From Minisyncoccota bacterium (GTDB lineage: Bacteria; Patescibacteriota; Minisyncoccia; Phycocordibacterales; SBAW01): 64,000 nt of DNA. A program made the translations under genes and the position numbers. The stretch is from positions 49,071 through 113,070 of the forward strand of contig DASZRD010000009.1 of assembly GCA_035549255.1 (NCBI GenBank), given 5' to 3'. The notes beneath the pieces were generated by a model. That model worked only from the letters and a program-made list of their open reading frames with translations. It was not told the DNA's origin and did no database searches. Shown here piece by piece: positions 50,224 through 59,157 of the stretch. The first letter of the stretch is position 1. The number at the start of each line of letters is the position of its first letter.

Positions 50224-50850
50224 ATGGCAAGCAACCACACCTCGGGTAAAAAGACTTCGCGCACGGCAGCCTTCTGGGCCACCTTCGTGCTGCTCTTTGC
50301 GCTTACCTACAGCTTCCTTGCGGTCGTGGATGCGTTGCCTGATCATTCACAAAACGATATTGCCGCGCACAGCACTGATACTCCTTCGAAGGTGACTTCG
50401 CCGGAGCTGCCGGTGCGCGTTATTGCAAAGGATATCGGCCTCGATGCGGTTGTCGTCAACCCGACGTCGACTAATGTCGACACGCTCGATGATGCGCTGA
50501 CGCAGGGCGCGGTGCGCTACCCGACCTCGGCTCAGCTTGGCGTCGACGGTACGGTGCTCATCTTCGGCCACTCGTCGTATCTTCCGGTCGTGTACCACCA
50601 GTACTACAAGACCTTTGACGGCATTCAGAACCTGAAGCAAGGCCAGACGATCAGCGTCTACTCCGGCACCACGGAATACCGCTATACGGTGACCGGCATC
50701 AGGGTTGCCGATGCTACGCAGGATGTGGTAGAACTGCCTTCAACCGGCAAGCACCTTGTCCTCGTGACCTGCGACTCCTTTGCCACCAAGAGCAACCGCT
50801 TTATCGTGACCGCGGACTTTGTAGGGACATACGCGCTCAGCTCCAAGTAA
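50224..50850 (+). CDS. Sortase
   Basis: N-terminal TM. His in IFGHS, Cys in LVLVTC, Arg in NRFIV. IGLDAVV and TFDGIQNLKQGQTI match the sortase fold. Confidence 0.9.
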   Translation: MASNHTSGKKTSRTAAFWATFVLLFALTYSFLAVVDALPDHSQNDIAAHSTDTPSKVTSPELPVRVIAKDIGLDAVVVNPTSTNVDTLDDALTQGAVRYPTSAQLGVDGTVLIFGHSSYLPVVYHQYYKTFDGIQNLKQGQTISVYSGTTEYRYTVTGIRVADATQDVVELPSTGKHLVLVTCDSFATKSNRFIVTADFVGTYALSSK

Positions 50851-50987
50851 CCCTTGGAGGCGGGCGAGTATGTCCTCGCAAGCAATTGCTAGAAGGACCC
50901 CAATTTCCGCAGCGAAAGCTGCGAGGACGAAACTGGAAGTATCAGTACATCGAAATTCAAACCGTCCCATAGGGACAGGAGGAATCA

Positions 50988-51404
50988 ATGCCAACCACAG
51001 ATACCAGAGATCTTCCGTCAAAGGAAGCGCTCAAGGAGGTCGTTAAGACTCTTGTTCAGCAGCGTCTGGATGATGTCGTTGCGGTCTCTACCGAGCGCAA
51101 GGCGGAAATGCTTGCTCGACTCGGCGAAGTCACGCAGCAACGCGATACCGCCGTCTCCGAAATGGAGCGTATCCGTAAGGAGCTCGAGAATCGTCCGACT
51201 CAGGACGCTATCGAGAATCTCTCGGACGACCTTCGGCGGGCGCAGAACCGGTCGGTCGAACTCAGTAACGAGATCGACCAGCTCAAGCGCCAGATTGCCG
51301 AGCTCGAGCAACGCCCTCAGCTGGAACTGGAGCAAGTGATCGAGGAGCTCCAAGTTCCGATCAACGAGATGTTCGATCAAGCGCTGGCGAAGATCAAGGA
51401 GTAA
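50988..51404 (+). CDS. Hypothetical coiled-coil protein
   Basis: AGGAGG RBS at 50977-50982; heptad-rich sequence. Confidence 0.8.
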   Translation: MPTTDTRDLPSKEALKEVVKTLVQQRLDDVVAVSTERKAEMLARLGEVTQQRDTAVSEMERIRKELENRPTQDAIENLSDDLRRAQNRSVELSNEIDQLKRQIAELEQRPQLELEQVIEELQVPINEMFDQALAKIKE

Positions 51405-51451
51405 TCGCCGGCGAGTCAAACCAACCTCAACCTGAGAAGGAGACTACGGAA

Positions 51452-52330
51452 ATGGAAACTGGCAAGCAGGAACCGGAAGCCGCCGGAGCTGCTTCCCAGC
51501 AGCCGTCGGCCTCCAATTCGGCCGCACATTCTGTGCCGCCGATCACCATCGTCAATAACATACCGCCGCAGCAAGCTGCGCCGGTCGGGATGCCGGTGAA
51601 GAGCGAAGGGTCAAGTACCCTCTTCATCTTCGTTATCATACTGCTAGCGCTGGTGGTTGGGGGAGGAGTGGTATATTTCCTCACCCCGAAGTATCCGGCG
51701 CCGGCAGTTACGGAGACAGCCGCTCCGAGTGAGCTTGTCTCGCCGCCTGCACAGGACGCGGTCAGGACCGTTTCTATCGGTCCCAATGGCATCGCCGCGA
51801 GCGGCTATGACGTCAACGACGTCCAGCAGCTTGCGGGTATCCAGCAAGGGATGAAGTGGGACGCGGCCTGCGGCTGTCAGAAGCCGGTTGCGGCTCCGCC
51901 GCCTCCGGTCGTGGTGCCCAAACCGCATCCGCGTCCGAAGCCGAAGGCAACATGCGACGATGCCTGCAAGGAGTATCAGCGACTCAAGGGTGTGAGCGTC
52001 GACGTTTCCAAGTCTTGCTCGTATGTCCTGGTTCGTAACCCCCAACCCGTTGTCCTGAAGACTGCGTGGGGTAAGGTGGTTACGTCCTGGGCGCAGAGCC
52101 AGATTTCATGGCAGCAGACAAGCCGTGGATGGCTCGGCCAGATCTGTGCACCCGCCAGCGTTTATGCAACGGCTGGTCCGGGCGCCCGGTACTGCGCTGA
52201 GATCGCTCAGAGCGAGATGAACGAAGACGAGCGTTCGCGCCTGATGGCGGGAGGCACATGGGATTCGAACGATCCCTTCTGCCTCAAGTCGCAGGCCGAA
52301 TGCCGCGCTGACAACCTGTCCTGGAAGTAA
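51452..52330 (+). CDS. Hypothetical single-TM protein with Pro-rich linker and Cys-rich extracellular domain
   Basis: AAGGAG upstream, one TM, PPPPVVVPKPHPRPKP linker, nine Cys in the C-terminal half. Confidence 0.8.
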   Translation: METGKQEPEAAGAASQQPSASNSAAHSVPPITIVNNIPPQQAAPVGMPVKSEGSSTLFIFVIILLALVVGGGVVYFLTPKYPAPAVTETAAPSELVSPPAQDAVRTVSIGPNGIAASGYDVNDVQQLAGIQQGMKWDAACGCQKPVAAPPPPVVVPKPHPRPKPKATCDDACKEYQRLKGVSVDVSKSCSYVLVRNPQPVVLKTAWGKVVTSWAQSQISWQQTSRGWLGQICAPASVYATAGPGARYCAEIAQSEMNEDERSRLMAGGTWDSNDPFCLKSQAECRADNLSWK

Positions 52331-52338
52331 CTTTTGTT

Positions 52339-52368
52339 CGGTGGAAGGAGGTACGCCTCCTTCCACCG
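52339..52368. terminator. Terminator-like hairpin
   Basis: CGGTGGAAGGAGG-TACG-CCTCCTTCCACCG. Weak downstream U-tract. Confidence 0.65.
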
Positions 52369-52472
52369 GGCATTATTTATAGATAGATGTATACAGATAC
52401 GGTAGTGAAATTATTCACTCTCGATATCCGGATATATCCGGAGAGCATTATTAAGTGAATATAGTCGTTATT

Positions 52473-53909
52473 ATGAATCGAATTATAAATATTCAGTCAG
52501 TTGGTTTCTTCTTTGTAGCCCTGTTTATCGCAGCAGGTCTATTTCTTGCTGCCTCGGCTCCAGCCCATGCGGCAGGCGGTACTTCTGACGGCGGTTGCTG
52601 TGGTGGCTCTTCGAGCTCGGGCGGCAGCTCAGGCTACACTCCTCCGACCTACGGCAGCAGCGGCGGTTGCTCCTTTAACTGCGGCTATACCCCTCCGCCT
52701 GCTCCTACCTGCTCGCTCTCGATCAATCCTTCGCAGGTTGAGTACGGCGGCGACGTGCAGCTTTCGTGGAGCACCTCCAACGCAAGCTCGGTTTCTCTCT
52801 CCGGCGTCGGCACCGTATCGGCGAACAGCTCGTACACCGATTACAATGTCACCTCCAGCAGGACGTACACCCTCACCGTAGCCAACAGCGTTGGCAATAC
52901 GGTGACCTGCACCAAGTCGGTGACGGTTAAGCAGAAGCCGGCTCCGACCTGCAACCTCTACGCTGACCAGACCTCGGTCAACCCTGGGAATCAAGTCAAG
53001 CTCTCCTGGACCAGCAGCAACGCTAATTACGCGACGCTCTCTTCGGTCGGCTCAATCGCGCTCAATGGCTCTACCTATGTGAATCCGTCGAGCGATACGA
53101 CCTATACGGCGACCTTCTCGACCAACGACAACCGCTCGGTCACCTGCAATACGACCGTACATGTCGTCACCCTTACGTGCCCGGCCAATTACACCGGCAC
53201 GTACCCCAACTGCGTTCCGATCACGTGCCCGGCCGGTTACTCTGGTGCGTATCCCTCCTGCATCCCGCCGTCATACAACGCTCCGTCGTGCAACATCTAC
53301 GTCAACACCAACAACCAGTACAACACGCAGTACGTGCAGTACGGCCAGCCGGTGACGATCACCTGGGCGTCGCAGTACGCGACTTCGGGCTGGATCAACA
53401 ATGGCATCGGCAACGTCGCGCTCTCGGGATCGCAGCTTATCTATCCGACCCAGAACACGACCTACACCGCGACCTTCCTCGGACAGAATAATCAGCAGAT
53501 CACCTGCTCGGTGATCGTCAACATTACGACCCCGCCGATCGTCTATCAGAACCCGGCTCCGTATATCAACCTCTCGGCAGTGCCGTACACCGGCCTTGAT
53601 CTCGGCCCGGTCGGTACCGTACTCTATTGGGGCTTCCTTGCGGCATGGTGCCTCCTTGCTGCATACCTCATTGCGGTCAAACGCGTGCACATGGGCATCG
53701 TCCGCTGGTACCAGAAGGCCCTCTTCGGCATCGAGGGTCATCCCCAGAATGTCTCGCTCGCGGGCCTCTCCTCGGCGGATATGAGCAAGGTCGCAAGCAT
53801 GATCCGCGCAAGCGAGCCGCAGGCTCACGCGCACGCTACTCCGGCCGCGGCGCAGGAGAATGACGCGATCGATCCGTTCATCTTCTCCCAGATCAACCGC
53901 CAGAAGTAA
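52473..53909 (+). CDS. Secreted Cys-containing Ig/PKD-like repeat surface protein with VPYTG sorting-like motif
   Basis: Signal peptide (APAHA), three PxCx(L/I)...(L/I)xWxS...xTYTxT...(V/I)TC repeats, then VPYTG + TM + KR. TATAGT 7 nt before ATG 52473; the ORF track start is 52455. Confidence 0.85.
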   Translation: MNRIINIQSVGFFFVALFIAAGLFLAASAPAHAAGGTSDGGCCGGSSSSGGSSGYTPPTYGSSGGCSFNCGYTPPPAPTCSLSINPSQVEYGGDVQLSWSTSNASSVSLSGVGTVSANSSYTDYNVTSSRTYTLTVANSVGNTVTCTKSVTVKQKPAPTCNLYADQTSVNPGNQVKLSWTSSNANYATLSSVGSIALNGSTYVNPSSDTTYTATFSTNDNRSVTCNTTVHVVTLTCPANYTGTYPNCVPITCPAGYSGAYPSCIPPSYNAPSCNIYVNTNNQYNTQYVQYGQPVTITWASQYATSGWINNGIGNVALSGSQLIYPTQNTTYTATFLGQNNQQITCSVIVNITTPPIVYQNPAPYINLSAVPYTGLDLGPVGTVLYWGFLAAWCLLAAYLIAVKRVHMGIVRWYQKALFGIEGHPQNVSLAGLSSADMSKVASMIRASEPQAHAHATPAAAQENDAIDPFIFSQINRQK

Positions 53910-53960
53910 GAAGCGGATGCCTCTGCCGCAGGCAGAGATAAGTCTCCAAAATAATGTCTA

Positions 53961-53990
53961 ACAAAAACTCCCCGATCGGGGAGTTTTTGT
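53961..53990. terminator. Bidirectional intrinsic terminator
   Basis: ACAAAAACTCCCC-GATC-GGGGAGTTTTTGT. Confidence 0.85.
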
Positions 53991-53991
53991 A

Positions 53992-55200
53992 TTATGAGCG
54001 GTTCGTTATTTCTTCTTTGAGTTTGGAAACTATATCAGCTATCGGGAGTGCGCCGAGCTTGCCTTCGCGGCCTTCAAGGCTCGCGGTCTTGTCTGTAACT
54101 TCTTTGTCGCCGATGACGAGCGTGTAGGGAACTCTCCATGTCTTTGCTTCGCGGACCTTTTTGCCGAGAGTTTCGTTGCTCTCGTCGATCTCCGCGCGGA
54201 TGCCGGCGGCCTGGAGCTGCAGGAGTGCCTCCCGTGCGAAGTCGTTGTGCGCCGCGGCGATAGGAATTACTTTTGCTTGGACCGGCGAGAGCCAAGTCGG
54301 AAGCGCGCCATCGTAGTGCTCGAGCAAGACCGCGATGCAGCGCTCAAGTGAACCGGCGATCGCAGCGTGGATCATCACGATGCGCTCCTTCTGCCCGCTC
54401 TCGTTGATACAGGTGAGGTCGAAGCGCTCGGGGATATTCATGTCGAGCTGGATGGTGGCGACTTGCCACTCCCGTCCGGCCGCATTGCGCGCCATGAAGT
54501 CGAGCTTCGGGCCGTAGAGCGCCGCCTCGCCGGGGCCCTCGAAGGCGTCGGCGCCGCGCTCCTCGGCGATTGCACGCAGCTCACTTTCTGCGCGATTCCA
54601 GATCTCGGGCGTGCCAAGATACTTCTCGGGCGCCGCCGGGTCGCGGAAGGAGAGCCGCACGCGTAAGCTAAAGCCAAATGTCTTATAGAAGGTATCAATG
54701 ATGTCCCAGATCTTGAGGAACTCTTCCTTCACTTGGCTACTGCGGCAGAAGACGTGCGCGTCGTCCTGGGTGATCGAGAGTACGCGCGTGAGGCCGCCGA
54801 GTTCCCCCGACTGCTCGTCGCGGTAGACCATGGTCGTCTCGGCATAGCGCTGCGGCATCTCGCGGTAGGAGAAGGGCCGGCGCGCGAAGATCTGCGTGTG
54901 GTGCGGGCAGTTCATCGGCTTCATCGCGTAGACGCGCCCCTCCCGCGCGGTGATCTTGAAGAGCTCGTCGGAGAACTTGGCCCAGTGGCCGCTCGTCTCG
55001 TAGAGGTCCTTCTTGGTAATGTGGGGGATGGTCACGCGCTCGTAGCCGCGCGCCTTGCGCATCTCCCAAATGAACTGGTCGAGTTCTTGCCTGACAATCG
55101 TGCCGCGCGGGGTCCACAAGGGCAGGCCGGAGCCAACAAGGTCGGAGAAGGTAAAGAGGTCAAGCTCCTTGCCGATCGTGCGATGGTCGCGCTCTTCCAT
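53992..55200 (-). CDS. thrS: Threonine-tRNA ligase lacking N-terminal editing domains
   Basis: RDHRTIGKELDLF, KPMNCPHH, YGPKLDF, TIQLD, GSLER, anticodon-binding domain. 402 aa. Confidence 0.95.
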   Translation of the reverse strand: MEERDHRTIGKELDLFTFSDLVGSGLPLWTPRGTIVRQELDQFIWEMRKARGYERVTIPHITKKDLYETSGHWAKFSDELFKITAREGRVYAMKPMNCPHHTQIFARRPFSYREMPQRYAETTMVYRDEQSGELGGLTRVLSITQDDAHVFCRSSQVKEEFLKIWDIIDTFYKTFGFSLRVRLSFRDPAAPEKYLGTPEIWNRAESELRAIAEERGADAFEGPGEAALYGPKLDFMARNAAGREWQVATIQLDMNIPERFDLTCINESGQKERIVMIHAAIAGSLERCIAVLLEHYDGALPTWLSPVQAKVIPIAAAHNDFAREALLQLQAAGIRAEIDESNETLGKKVREAKTWRVPYTLVIGDKEVTDKTASLEGREGKLGALPIADIVSKLKEEITNRS

Positions 55201-55244
55201 ATATAGGTGTCATACTACCTCTTTTATAAAAATTGAAAAGAAGG

Positions 55245-55275
55245 CGGCTCGGCACTTTGGTAAGATGCCGAGCCG
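55245..55275 (-). terminator. Terminator after orphan gene
   Basis: CGGCTCGGCA-N11-TGCCGAGCCG, with CTTCTTTT following on the minus strand. Confidence 0.6.
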
Positions 55276-55285
55276 TACAAGCGTG

Positions 55286-55645
55286 TCAGGCGTAGTGCCT
55301 GGTATTTTGCGGATGCCAGTTGAGGGGGAGCGAAATCAGCGCCTGCAAAAGCCTCTCCACCCTGTTCTTCTGCTGGGCGCTGCGAAGCCCCGTCGCGTAG
55401 TAATTGAGCGCGAGTGTTTCCGCGCTGACCTTTTTGTGCGAGGTGCTATTGAGCACCCGCTGCAGACGGTGGCCGAGGTCCGAACCGGTAAGCTTATCCA
55501 GCCGCCGGCCGAAAGTCTTCAGCCTGTCGAAGTACTCCTGATCGTTGTCCTTGTGAAGGTTATCGAGAAACTGTTTGGCCTCCACTGCCATGTCGCGCGC
55601 GACAGGGAAGAAATCCTCCGAAGGCGCCGATTTCACCTGAGTCAT
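55286..55645 (-). CDS. Hypothetical protein (119 aa)
   Basis: AGAAGGA upstream of ATG 55645 and terminator downstream. It is the C-terminal part of the longer track ORF. Confidence 0.6.
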   Translation of the reverse strand: MTQVKSAPSEDFFPVARDMAVEAKQFLDNLHKDNDQEYFDRLKTFGRRLDKLTGSDLGHRLQRVLNSTSHKKVSAETLALNYYATGLRSAQQKNRVERLLQALISLPLNWHPQNTRHYA

Positions 55646-55765
55646 CTCGAACGAATTCCTTCTGTTGGTGAAAAGTCCGAGCCGCGTGAAAGAGCGACTG
55701 CAACGACTATCGCATGGATGGCCGCGCATGAAAAGATTTTTTGGAGAAATTCCTGTGGAAAACAA

Positions 55766-55789
55766 AACGGCACCCCGAGGGGTGCCGTT
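55766..55789 (-). terminator. Intrinsic terminator
   Basis: AACGGCACCC-CGAG-GGGTGCCGTT, with a U-tract on the minus strand. Confidence 0.7.
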
Positions 55790-55799
55790 GAACCGCGTC

Positions 55800-56078
55800 T
55801 TATGCGACTGAGACGATCGCATGGCACAGTGCCGTGAGATCGCTCCACGCGTCGTGGAACTCGATGCTGCTGCCCGGCGCGCTTGCGAGCCGGGCAGCAG
55901 CATCTGACGTAAAGATCGTCGACCAGCTCGAGGCCTTGAAGGCGCTTTGGAATGTGCCGAGCAGATACGCCGGGACGCCTTCGTGATAGTCGCACGCCAG
56001 GATTTCGCGAGCGATCTTCTTGAGGGCGTCATCGCGCGGGGCGTCGTGGACTACCCGCAGATAAGAGACTTTCGGCAT
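55800..56078 (-). CDS. Hypothetical protein (92 aa)
   Basis: GGGAGG RBS just before ATG; terminator directly downstream. Confidence 0.7.
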   Translation of the reverse strand: MPKVSYLRVVHDAPRDDALKKIAREILACDYHEGVPAYLLGTFQSAFKASSWSTIFTSDAAARLASAPGSSIEFHDAWSDLTALCHAIVSVA

Positions 56079-56143
56079 GAGATCCTCCCAGGAACAGGTG
56101 CACCGGTATTTTTATACCACTAAAATTATATTTCGCAAGCTCG

Positions 56144-59137
56144 CTAGAGCGCCTTGAGCTTGTCGGCCACTATGGAAAGCTCGCCGTTGCGGTTGCTAAG
56201 CCGGCCCTTGAGCGCTATCACGCGCTCGGGCTGGAGGATCTCGCGGAACTCTTTGTAAATCCTCGGAAAGATCGCCGCCTCGAGGCTGCCGTCGAAGTCG
56301 CTGATCTTGACGAACGCCATCTGGTCGCCGCCTTTGGTGAGTATCGTTCGCACGGCTTCCACCATGCCTGCGGCAACGACCGTCATGCCCGGCACCGTGT
56401 CGCGCCGCAGCTGCCCGAGCGTCATCGGGCGCTTGGACAGCTGCTCCTTAAAGCGGTCGAGCGGATGGCCCGAAATATAGAGGCCGAGCAATTCTTTTTC
56501 CCAAGCGAGGCGCGTCTCTTGCGGCACTTCGGGTGCTTGCGGGATCACGACGTCGCTCACGCTGGCGCCAAGCGAGGCAAAAAGCGAGTCATGCGACTGC
56601 TCTTTCATCGCCTCGCGATGGTACTCGAGGAGATGCTCGATCGATGCGAGCATGCTGCTCCGGTCGCCGAAGGAATCGAGCGCGCCGCACTGGATAAGCG
56701 ACTCGAGGCCTTTCTTGTTGAGGTTCTGATCTTTCACCCGTCGCAAGAAATCGGACAGCGTAGTGAAGCGGCCATTGCGCTTCCGCTCGGCGATGATCGC
56801 GTCCGCCACGCCGCGGCCGAAGTTCTTGATCGAATAGAGGCCGAAGCGGATGCAATCTGTCTCGATATCGCCCGCGAGCGCCGCAGCCTCGGACGTGCGC
56901 GCGCTCTTCGGGCTTGCAAGCGCGGTGAAGCCGCCAAAGCTCTCATTGACATCGGGTGCGAGGACCGGGATGCCGATGCGCTTGCACTCCGCGACCATGA
57001 TAGCGACCGTCTCGACATCGCCCGCTTCGGCAGTGAGCACGGCCGCCATGTACTCGACCGGGTAATTGGCCTTGAGGTATGCGGTCTGGTACGCGACGCG
57101 GCCGTAGGACGCCGAGTGCGCCTTGTTGAAACCGTACGCAGCGAAAGGCTCGATCCAGTTCCATACCTCCTCAGCTTTGCGCTGCGGCCACTTGGAGTGC
57201 TCCATGCAGCCGTGGATAAATTTTTCCTTCTGCTTGGCCATCTCCTCGGGGATCTTCTTGCCGACCGCCTTGCGGAACTTGTCGACGTCGCCCCAGGAAT
57301 ATCCGGCCAGGTCGTGCGCCATGATGAGCAAGTCGTCCTGGTAGACCAGGATGCCGTAGGTCTGCTTGAGGATAGGCTCCATCGCGGGGTCGAGGTAGCG
57401 GATGAGTGCGGGGTTATGCTTGCGCTCGATATATTGCGGGATAAATTGCATCGGGCCGGGGCGGTAGAGCGCCACCATCGCGTTGATATCGTGGATCGAC
57501 GTCGGCCGGAGCTCCTTGAGGAACCTGGTCATACCTGCGCCGTTGAGCTGGAAGGTCGCTTCGGTGTCGCCGCGCGTGAGCATCTCATAGGTCTTCTTGT
57601 CGTCGAGCGGGATCGCCTCGATGTCGAGTGTAGTGCCGCGGATCGTCTCGACCAGCTCGACTGCGCTCGCGAGGATCGTCAGGTTGCGGATACCGAGGAA
57701 GTCGAACTTAGTAAGGCCGACACCGTCCTCGCCTACGCTGTACATGTCGTACTGCGTGATCATCTTGCCGCCCTTGGGGTCGAGCTGGAGCGGCGTGTAG
57801 TCGATCAGCGGCCGCGGCGAGATGACCACGCCGGCCGCGTGGACGCCGACGTGGCGCGCGCAGCCTTCGATCGACTTCCCGAGGTCGACGATCTCGCGCG
57901 CCTCCGGCTCATTATCGTAAATCTTTTTAAATTCCGGATTTTCATTCAATGCGCGCTCGAGCGTCATGGGGAAGCCCTGGCTGCCGAAGGGGATCTCCTT
58001 GGCGATGCGGTCGCCCAGCCCATAGGGCTGGCCCAGCGCGCGTGCGACGTCACGCACGACGCCGCGCGCGAGCATGGTGCCGAAAGTGCCGATCTGTCCC
58101 ACCTTGTCCTCGCCATATTTTCTGCGCGCGTAGTCGATGACCTCGTCGCGCCGATCGTCAGCGAAGTCCATGTCGATATCGGGTGCCGAGGGGCGCTCGG
58201 GGTTGAGGAAACGCTCGAAGGGGATCTTGTACTCAAGCGGGTCTATCTTGGTGATTTGGAGAAGATACGTCGTCATTGAGCCCGCTACGCTGCCGCGGAT
58301 GTTGGTGTAGATATTATTTTCGCGTGCGAAGCGGATGAGGTCCTCGACGACGAGGAAGTACGCGGCATAGCCCTTGAACTTGATGATGCCGAGCTCATAG
58401 TCGAGACGCTCCATGACGTCAGGCTTTCCCTCGAGCCTGCGCGCCTTGAGGCCTTTGAGGCACAGTGCGCGCAAAACATCGTCGGCATTCTCTTCCGGCG
58501 GCAATTCGAAGTGCGGGAAAATAAACTTGCCCAGCGTGAGCTCTAGGTTGCAGGCGTCGGCGATCTCGAGGGTCTTCTCGAGCTGCGCTGGGGTGAAGCG
58601 CTCTTCCATCTCGGCGGCGGCCGGGAAGTGCTGCGGCTCATCGTCCGCGTCGATATCGCCGCCCTCGTTTGCCCCCGGGTCGGCGATGGCGCGCATCGTC
58701 TCCCACGCTCTGCGGTCCTGCGGGTCGAGATAAAAGATCTCTGGCAGCGCGACGTCGCTCTGCCTGGGGTCGAGCGCGATAATTCCCTCGCGGTACGCCG
58801 CGATCATCGCCTCTGTTACGGTCGGGTTGTTTGGGAACTCGAGGTGCGATTTCGTAACGAGCTGGAGCAGATTCTGATACCCCGTAAAATCTTTCGCATA
58901 GAACAGCTGCCGTCGGTTGTCGCCTACATGCGCGTCGAGCCCGACGATGGGCTTGATGCCGGCGCTCTTACATTCTTTATAAAATTCGATCGCGCCGTAG
59001 AGATTATTAAGATCAGTGAGTGCCAGCGCCTCGCATCCTGCGGCTTTGGCCCGCGCGACCAGGTCGGGGATCTTCGGCAGCGCGTGCAAGAGCGAGTAGT
59101 GCGAGTGGGCGTGAAGGTAAGCAAACTTGGCAGCCAT
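56144..59137 (-). CDS. dnaE: DNA polymerase III alpha subunit
   Basis: HAHSHYSLL PHP start, FERFLNPER, PDIDMDF, KFDFLG, YGFNKAHS, OB fold. Confidence 0.97.
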   Translation of the reverse strand: MAAKFAYLHAHSHYSLLHALPKIPDLVARAKAAGCEALALTDLNNLYGAIEFYKECKSAGIKPIVGLDAHVGDNRRQLFYAKDFTGYQNLLQLVTKSHLEFPNNPTVTEAMIAAYREGIIALDPRQSDVALPEIFYLDPQDRRAWETMRAIADPGANEGGDIDADDEPQHFPAAAEMEERFTPAQLEKTLEIADACNLELTLGKFIFPHFELPPEENADDVLRALCLKGLKARRLEGKPDVMERLDYELGIIKFKGYAAYFLVVEDLIRFARENNIYTNIRGSVAGSMTTYLLQITKIDPLEYKIPFERFLNPERPSAPDIDMDFADDRRDEVIDYARRKYGEDKVGQIGTFGTMLARGVVRDVARALGQPYGLGDRIAKEIPFGSQGFPMTLERALNENPEFKKIYDNEPEAREIVDLGKSIEGCARHVGVHAAGVVISPRPLIDYTPLQLDPKGGKMITQYDMYSVGEDGVGLTKFDFLGIRNLTILASAVELVETIRGTTLDIEAIPLDDKKTYEMLTRGDTEATFQLNGAGMTRFLKELRPTSIHDINAMVALYRPGPMQFIPQYIERKHNPALIRYLDPAMEPILKQTYGILVYQDDLLIMAHDLAGYSWGDVDKFRKAVGKKIPEEMAKQKEKFIHGCMEHSKWPQRKAEEVWNWIEPFAAYGFNKAHSASYGRVAYQTAYLKANYPVEYMAAVLTAEAGDVETVAIMVAECKRIGIPVLAPDVNESFGGFTALASPKSARTSEAAALAGDIETDCIRFGLYSIKNFGRGVADAIIAERKRNGRFTTLSDFLRRVKDQNLNKKGLESLIQCGALDSFGDRSSMLASIEHLLEYHREAMKEQSHDSLFASLGASVSDVVIPQAPEVPQETRLAWEKELLGLYISGHPLDRFKEQLSKRPMTLGQLRRDTVPGMTVVAAGMVEAVRTILTKGGDQMAFVKISDFDGSLEAAIFPRIYKEFREILQPERVIALKGRLSNRNGELSIVADKLKAL

Positions 59138-59143
59138 AAACCC

Positions 59144-59151
59144 AGTATACT
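59144..59151. promoter_or_regulatory. Palindromic bidirectional -10 element (AGTATACT) for dnaE and rnhB
   Basis: TATACT on both strands, each exactly 6 nt upstream of a divergent ATG (59137 and 59158). Confidence 0.65.
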
Positions 59152-59157
59152 CTTTGT

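Noticed and set aside
50900-50935. GAGGACGAAAC resembling the 3' half of a hammerhead ribozyme
   Set aside because: No CUGANGA core upstream of the candidate stem II; kept only as a generic structured leader.
55646-56032. Upstream part of the 248-aa ORF 55286..56032
   Set aside because: It crosses a terminator and overlaps the SD-led 92-aa gene in another frame.
56465-58279. 604-aa plus-strand ORF, and similar long antisense ORFs over gap, tkt, gyrB, pheS and the transglycosylase
   Set aside because: They fully overlap well-supported genes on the opposite strand, as expected with high GC3.
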